This document shows, in pieces, positions 54,501 to 63,500 of a DNA stretch of 64,000 nucleotides. This stretch comes from Aplysia californica (Eukaryota), in NCBI RefSeq assembly GCF_000002075.1, contig NW_004797539.1, positions 730,829 through 794,828 of the forward strand. The letters are read 5' to 3'. A model generated the notes under the pieces. The model did not search any database, was not told where the DNA came from, and saw nothing but the letters and a program-made list of their open reading frames with translations. The translations under genes were made by a program, and so were the position numbers. Numbering within the stretch: position 1 is the first letter of the stretch; every line of letters begins with the position of its first letter.

Positions 54501-57500
54501 TTGTAAATGGACAAAAGAATTGGATAGGAAAAATACACTAAACAGCTCAAATTGTCAATGGATAAAGAGGATTGAGGATGAAATCAAACTGTATACTTAG
54601 AAAAGGGACTGGATCAGAAAACGGTATACGTACAAAAGGAGACTGGAGAGGATGATCAAAATTTTACACAAAAGGACTGGATAGGAAAATCAAAATTGTA
54701 TACAGTCAAAGAGAAATGGCTAGGAAAATCAAAATAGTATTCAGTTAAAGGGGAATGAGTCTAAATAACTCAGTCAAACTGTTCAAAGGTGTCTGAGAAC
54801 ATGGTACACACAAAAAAAATGTTAACAAGCAACCGTAATACTAAAGATCATCATTTCTCACTTTATGATCATCATGCAAAATTTATATAAACTTTCTACC
54901 ACAGGAAGGCAGGGTTGGTTCAAACCTCATACCTGTGGCTCTGCATTGCTGTCCTGCTCCTCTTTGATCCTCATCAGCTCCCACTTGATGATGATATCAG
55001 CCAGGTCGACAGCCAGCTTGCGATGTTCGAGACTTGCCTGTTCAGGGAGATAGATCAGTGTCGATAAAACATAGATGTTTGTTTAAGTACAGAGGAGTAT
55101 GCAGATACAACACCTCCATTTAGTGCAAGGAAACAACAAAACAGACCAGACAGAGACAACAGAGGGGAAAAAAAAAGGATGATATTTTTCAGACTGGATT
55201 TTTGAGAGAGAGAAGGAAGCACATTGGTATAATCTAGCAATGACCACGAAAATCCTTTTTTTGCCAGAAAATGTTTGCAAATAGGTGCATTTTGTAGCTT
55301 TATCTTCACTGAGCATAGAACTTTTTGAATTTTTAAAATCCATCAATAAACAAAAAAGTTACGGATTTTTTAATCAATTAATTTCTGGTACACTTTTATA
55401 TAATGAAAAAACCCCAAAATATGGGACGTTCTTTGGTGAGTTTTGAGACAATATTCGTCATAACTCGCTCATTTCTCGGAGTATTTAAAAGAAACTTGGC
55501 AACCCAGTACATTTTCTAGTGCAGAATCTAGTCCTGCTTTCAGATTTTTCATAGCTATCCTATTTTTTGAGTTATGAAGACGTTTATAGGTAAAAATGTT
55601 GGCCTTTTTCGGTGCGTTTTGAGACAATATTTGTCATAGCTCGCCTATTTCTTGGAATATGTAAATCAAACTTGGCAGTCTAGTACATTTTTTAATGCAG
55701 AATTTAGTCATGCAGTCAGATTTTTAATATCTGTCATACTTTTTGAGTTGTAAAGACATTAACAGGTAAAAAAGTGGCGTTCTTTACAGATTTACAAAGA
55801 TTATCAGTCATATGTTCTCCCAAAGTCATGATATTTGAATGAAACTTGGCAACATAAAAGGTTCTTCCTTGCCAAGCAATATTCTGGATCAATTTGTCAC
55901 AAAAATGTAAGTAGAGAGCTACTAATAAATCCAGTTTTGTACTAGTAAAAGCATGCATACTTTGTTATAGAAAATAAGATCGTCTCTGTGTATATCCATT
56001 GTTGGACAGTGTCCTATTGTGTGGTAGATTAAGATGCGTTCAGATAATATAGTTTACAAGTCATGGGAATATTTCGCATGTGTAGGCTACAACTCATACA
56101 ATAAATGTAACATATTTACACCCCCCCCCCCCCCTTCTCTCTCTCTCTCTCTCTCTCTCACGCGCGCGCACTCACGCACGCACGCGTGAACGATAACAAT
56201 GTATAAACGGGACTATCTTCCCAGACTGGACTAAATAAGTACCATACTCTTTAATAACAATCTTAATGCCTCACTTTTCCCAAACAGAGCACACAGGACG
56301 AGTCCAAGTGTGTGCTTTCCCAAGAGGGGGGAATAGGCTTTCATAACGCAAACACAATGCCATACCACTTCTCAAGATGTTTGCTTTTCTGTTTCTATTC
56401 TTCTGTCATGCAATCAAGCAAATAAAAATGACTACATCTATTGTATTGTGACTAAAATGCAACAAAAACGCAAGTTATCAAGGCCCCCGTTTAGTTTTCA
56501 AGTATCCTTCCCCCCCTTTCCATTTCACATAAGCGGGGCCTCGTTTGTAGCGCCCGAGGCGACCGATGGCTGATGACGTCACTCAGTGGAAATTTCCACG
56601 CCGCCGGCCGTTCACCCAGCACGCGCAAATGGCAATGTCGCTTTTTTCCTTAGTTACTCCCACATTTTTAAAGATTACGCCAAAACCGCTAAACACAGAA
56701 GCATGAAATTTTAAGGGAATAAAGAAAAATGGTGTACAACGTATCAGTCAGTTTGACAAATCACAGCTCTGAAAAACCTTCAAAGCGCACCACATCAACC
56801 ACTTTCGCAAACGTTTTCGACTGCTTCTAGGATGGGTACAATGTTGTCAAACTGCATACTACGAGATTGACCTCTTTTCTGATTGGCTGCCAAGTTTCAT
56901 TCATATCCATTCACGAGAAGCGGCGTGAGAGCGAGTTGAAGACAACAACCTTTGCGTTAGTGCGTCCCATGAAACACCCCCGCTGCAGGGGCCAAAAATC
57001 GGCAGAACAAAATGCGCTCGGTGGGCATTGCTATATAATCAGCTCCATTTAGTACTGGTAAAGAGCAAGACAGACGCAAGGATCTCCTGCCAGGGAAAAC
57101 AAAAAGAGAGATTTATGCAAAGAGTAAATTGACTGGGAAAAGAAAAAGAGATGGAAACAATGAGTGAAGGAAACTGACAGGGAACTGAAGAAGGGGTGGT
57201 GGCACACAAAAGCACAAAACACACATGATACTTAACCAAAACATCTGCTGACACAATTTACAAGAGAACACCATAAACAGTAAGCAGACAGGAAAAAAAG
57301 AAGTTGTGGTCAAGTGGACGTACACTTAGGGCGAAGCCGAGCCTCTGCAACGAGTTGACCATATGCTGCTGTAGACTATGTCGCACTGGGTAGTAGACTT
57401 TGTAGTGGAAAACCACCAGATGCCTGGGGAAGGAGAAAATAAGGACACATACAGAGATGTACACAGCAGTTATCTAATTATTAGCACAATATACGAATCA

Positions 57501-60500
57501 AACTATGCCTCAGATAACTGCACTCTCTGAATGTGTGGTCAAAGAGATGTGAAATGTCAATGATCTGTATAGTGTCGAAGAGAAAATCAGTTGAATTTGT
57601 CTGTGAAGGGCACCCATTGTAAGTTAGAAAAATGATTGTCTTAGACAGTGTCTTTATTAAACTTTATAATGCAGAGAAACCACAAGGGACAAAGTGGGAA
57701 GTGGCCATTTGCAAAGGTGACTGTCTCAGACAAGTGGCTGTAAGACTCAAGAGCAGGTTCGACTGTATATTGCTAATAGATGCATAGTTCCAAAGAGAAG
57801 TATACTGTCAAAGAGGTATATATTGCCAAAGAGACTTGTAATGTCAAAGAGGTATATATTGCCAAAGAGACTTGTAATGTCAAAGAGAAGTGTATTGCTA
57901 AAAAGACATGTATTGTCAAGGCAAAGTGTATTGTCGATGAGAAGTAGAGACCAATTTGATGAAGTCATAGAAAGGTAAACTTTTTCTGTTCCTTCACAGC
58001 TAGTGTTTGACTGAAAATGATTGTAATTATTGTTTCACGCATTGTACTCAAACTTGGCAGTGTGTCAAAAGAACTGAACTGAAATAACCTTTTTAAACCA
58101 CATTCCACAGCCTTTTTGTCTATAATTAAACTTATATCTTTTTAAAAAAATGCCATAAATACTTACATAAAGACAGAAACAGGGGTCCTAAGGGCTCAGT
58201 GAGTGAAATAATAGACAGCACAGACACTTTGGGGGGGGGGGGGGGGGTCTAAAGACACTAACAGCCAATTAGTGAAGGGGAAAAAATAAGACAGGCAGAC
58301 AGGAAAAATAAAAATGGTGAAGAAGTAGTTCCAATCATTAGCACAAAAGTTCAAACTTACAAAATATGCACCAGCTGTCCCACGCTGTGGCCTTCCTCCA
58401 CAATGATTTTCTTTGTCCAGTGGGTCAGCATTCCCTGATGAAGAAACCAAAGACTTTGATTACAGTCAAGCACATTCACATTAACTTGAAAAAAAAGTAA
58501 GAAAGACAGATGGGAACAATAGAAGAAAATTAAAGAAGCAGGGGCTGCCCCCCCCTATTTACTTTATATATTGCCCTCATTACAAAAAAGCACTTTAAAA
58601 TTTCACAAGATTTACTCTACTCTTTACTCTCGTTTACTTACCTCCCCCCAAAAACACCCCCAACAGAAACAAAAACAAAAAACAAACAAAAAAACCAACT
58701 CCACCCTGACAATATCATAAAAATATTTTTTTAGAAGTATGTTGTGATGCTTCCCGGGTGCCTGAGAAACAGAGAACAAAATTCTGTTTCTGTTCAATAT
58801 TCATATATTATGTTTCTAAGGGTCTGCTGGGGTATGAATAGCAGTAAAACTTATAGAGCATTCTCTAGAGCATGGATATGTAAGATATAAAAGCAATTAT
58901 TACTACTATCTTAATACTGCTGCTATGAACAGAGACCTATACTATTGGTTAATTGAACAAGCAACACTGCAAGAGTTCATCCAATGAGAAGCATTTTGGA
59001 GTTTTAAATGCTCTTCTGATCTCTATTCAAGACACTTGAGACAAAGGAATTTTACAGAAACGTATATTTAGAAATTATTAAAAATTTGCCATTGTTTCAT
59101 TTAGAAACAATTGCCATTGTGAATCCAAGTCTGGCTTTCCTGCAAAAATTTGCGGCATCTCAACTAATCAGAAAAGTCAACCCATTTTGTAATTTGCCTT
59201 TTCACTTAAATTGCTTGAAGAATGTTCCTAAGACTACTATTTAATATAAACAAAGTACTATCAAATGGAACACAAAATAATTTCTGACTGTTAAAAAATC
59301 TGCATGACGCATAAATGTAGTATCCAACACACTTAAATTTAATGTTTAGAGAAGCTTCAGTTTGGTTGAAATAAAAGAGGTAGGACCTACCAGAGGCACT
59401 CTCCAACTGCCCATTGTTTTAACAACACATACCGACAACACAAGACAAGGACGGCACACAAACCGTATGATGTGAAATGACCCACACTGCCTTTGCAAAA
59501 CAAACAAGACACAAGGAGAAACAACCCCCATCGCCATAGCAACAAACAACACACCAGAAGAAACACCCTCCATTTTCATAGCAACTAACTACACAAGATG
59601 AAGAGACAGCTATGAAGCTGAAGTCACCTACGTTGCCATCTTCCATGCGGCCGGGCATGGCCGGGGTGAGATACTCCAGCGATTGCCTGACCACCATCTT
59701 AGCTTCATGGGCATGAGCCTTGAGGAGACTGTGGAAAACCTGGCAAAAGAGAAAGTTTATCAAATTCATGCTCCGGTCTTCATCCTCAACTGAAGGTCTG
59801 GAACAGACATTAATTAGTGAATGAAGCTCTCCACTAAGTCCAATATTCAGTCATCCTTTGAAATCTGCCAGTATCCTGACTGCTTCATATTGCTTGAGGA
59901 GAATAACAATTTTTTCAAAATTTATTGCCTTTGGCCTGCCAGAACCTTCTCATCAATTTACAGATCAGACATTTATAATCCTTTAAAGACATATGTAAAC
60001 CCCCCAATATTATATTCAGATGGAAAACAAAATTGTCGTGAAAGACATTTTGGTATTCATGAAAGAGAAGATTTGATTTCCATCAATGGTAAAAATTATT
60101 ATAAAGGACACTTTGTCACCATAAATTCGGCGTGCCAAAATCCACTGAACGGCTATCAATTAGTATTATATTTCTGTTAACGAATTCGAAACACAACTGT
60201 TTTGTGAACAGCATAATAAGTCCAAAATATATAGTGATATTTTAAAAACTCACAATCATTTTATGAAAGGTCTGGTTTTCCTGATATTTTTCATTTCACA
60301 AATGGCAAACCTGAAATACAGTCCTTTTAGAATGGCCCAGTTTTCATTGTTTTTCTAGATACTGAAGTATAATCTTTTTGTGAAGGGCTCTATAAAAATC
60401 ATATATTTTTTTCTATACATAAACCCTAAGTAAGATCCTTCTGTGGAAAACCTTTGTTCTCATTGTGATATTTCACTACTCATAAACCCTATGAACAATT

Positions 60501-63500
60501 TTTTTCAAAAAGGCCCTGATTTCATCAAGATATTTTACTAACAACCCGAAGTGTCATCTTTCTCAGACCAACATTTGACTAAAATCCTCGTGTGGATGGC
60601 CTTCATTATAACATTTTACTATGGCTGAATCTGAAAACAATTATTCTGAGAAAACCCCCGTTTTCATGATATTTTCCCCTTAATTGCAGTACATTTTGTT
60701 TGTGAAAAGCCCTGTTTTCATTTTAACATTTTCCTTTTCACTAACCTGAAGAACAATTCTTTTGTGAATGGCAAACTTGGCAATGATGTGAGCCAGGAGG
60801 AGATGTCCGTGGTACTTGGTGGCCGGGTCCACACAGTTCTTGGCCACTAGGCACGGCCAAGCAAAAGTCATCAGGCGTCGCAGCTTGTTGCCTTGTTTCC
60901 TGGAAAAGACAATTTTTCTTCTTTAACCGGGAGCTGGCTGAGTGTTTGGGATGGAGTAGGGTGCTCAGAAACTGGCTGGGTTCATAGGTTCAAGGAAACA
61001 ACAGCCAGATCCATAGAGGGACTTTAGGAAAAGGATGTCAGGTCCATGACAGCACGTCCTTGTGGCAGGTCAAAGCCATACCTCAGCAGGAATTGTGGGT
61101 GAGGAACATTGCCTGATAAAAGCGTCTTCGAAAATGCTGGTTGCAAAATTTATATTTAAGTACATGTCTGATACATTCTTAAAGTAGTGACACGAATAAA
61201 AAAACTTTGTCAAAAAAAAACTTTTATGCCAAATAAAACAAAAACATATTTTAAGCACCAATGGTAGTATGTACAAAAGGTGCGCTGACTTTTAACAAGG
61301 TGTTTGTGCGTGTATGTGCGTGTGTGAGTGCTTTTCTGGGTAGTGTATGTGAGTGTGCCTGGGCACTATGTATTTAACATTTATCAGTGTGTTTGTATAT
61401 GTGTGTATATGAGTGTGTGTGAATGACGCACTATCGAAAATGACCTTACATATTTGCAATTTGAGCCACAAACATTGCAAGCACGCAATGCAATCACTTT
61501 CTCTCAACAGAACAACCAAGAACACAGCAGCAGGCATAGATGTCTTACTTGTTGGCAGCGTCATGGATGTGGGAAGATGCCTGCTCCACCAGCAATGAGG
61601 AGAACTGTAACAAGAGGATCCGCACAGCGTCTGATGTCCCGAATGGGTTCTCGGGATCGATGACGCGGTTGATGAAGACGCTGATGACGTTGTCCTCGCT
61701 GTCCTGGTCTGGGGCCGGGGGGCCGCCAATGAGCTTGTCACCTTCTCCCTTCTCAAACGAGTTGAAAAAGCAAGGAACCAGCACGTACTGCAGGATCTGA
61801 AACCAGATGATGATGATAGAGATAAGAACGAACTAGAAAATCTAAAATAGAGGAACAAGCAAGGGACCAATGCGTACTGCAGAATTTGTAAACTGATGAT
61901 GCAGTTACAGTGACCAGAACGTACTAGTTTGGTTTTAGAAAGAGTTCTATGGCACTTGCAACACAGTAAGATGGGAAAGAAGATTAGAGGTGATACAAAA
62001 GAGTAACAAACACCAACAAGAAGGTAGGAAAACATTGACGTACTGGAGATCTCTGAAACCAGATGATGAGGAAGCAATGGACCAGAGCATACTGGAGAGG
62101 TTGTGAACAGACAATTCCATATTTCACTTTATCCAAAACAACAGTCTATTTTTCTTGTTTTAGCGTTAGTAAAAGCTTTACAGCACTTGCAACAAAATAA
62201 GGTCATATAAGTGTTGAAGATTAGAGGAGTTACAAGGGAGTAACAAACAAAAAAGGAGGAGAGATAAAGACGATAGTTGTTTGATAGGAAAGAAGGAGCA
62301 AACCACACCAGAGCAGCCGCCAACCACCCACAATTTTTCTTGAGTAAGAGTTTGAGATATTCAAGTTACATGACAGAAGCACTTTGAAACGATAATGGCC
62401 ATGGAATGCTGGGAAAACACAAGACAGAAGAAACTTCTTGAGTGAAAAGAAGCGCACTGACACAATAACAGTCACTTAGAGTCGTGAAAAGAAAGATAGG
62501 CAGACAGAAACAAAAGAGGGAAAGGAAAGAAGTAGGACCTACCAGTGGCACCCTCAAATCACCCACAGACATCTATCCAAAGCATTCAAGACCAAATGAT
62601 GACAATTTCTCTTTTTCTACATCCACAACAATATGCTGGTTTTGATGAGGAGCGAGTTCCAGTAAAAGAGAAGCACATTGCCATGATAATGAACACAGAG
62701 TCTGTCAGTTTGAGGAAAGAGAATCAGAAACATTTTCACACAATTATTACCATTTTATTGCTAGTTAAAAGTAAAACTGACTGACAAAAACAACACTGGA
62801 AAGTGTACTTTTAGTAGAGGTTTTACGGCACTCGCAACTGCATATGGTCATATGAGCGCCAGAAGATTAGAGGTGTTACAATAGAGTAACAAACATAAAA
62901 AAGAAGAAGGGGGAGATAAGGACAATAGATGTTTCATAGGAAGGAAGAAGCAAACCACATCAAAGCACCCGCCAACCACCCAGGAACACTGGAAAGACGC
63001 AGGATCTGCAAATGGCACCCTCCAAACATCCGCAAAGTTAGAAGGCAAAGGATAAAGAGGTCTATAGAGTCCATGAAGAAATATACCTTAGCTTTGAGCT
63101 CCTGTGGCCAACTCTGGTCATGGAAAACAGTGACAAACTTGAAGAAAGCCTTCCTCTTCCAGTCAGCACTGTAAGTCTGTTGAGCAAAACGGCAAAATTC
63201 CAGTTGTCTAATTTCACCTGAATATCATAGAGAATGTTTGCTGTCTCTATATCAGGATTTACTGCTTTAAATGCTTACTTATACATCTCACCCATAATTT
63301 AGATCTTTCAGTAAAGAGAAGCATCACAATAATGGTCATTGCGAGTATGGAAAAAGACAGAAACACGAGAAATGAAAGTGAAGAAATAGGACTCCAGGAA
63401 ATATGCGAATTGACGAAAAATTTAAAGACCATATTGTCAAATGCATCTTGTATTAAAAATATTTTTCAGCTTCACTAAAACTGGCCTGAAGTCAGGCAAA

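Noticed and set aside
39365-60745. Repeat-spacer appearance of intronic arrays (CRISPR-like)
   Set aside because: Units are degenerate along their whole length, lack unique spacers, derive from host junctions, and there are no cas genes in this animal locus.
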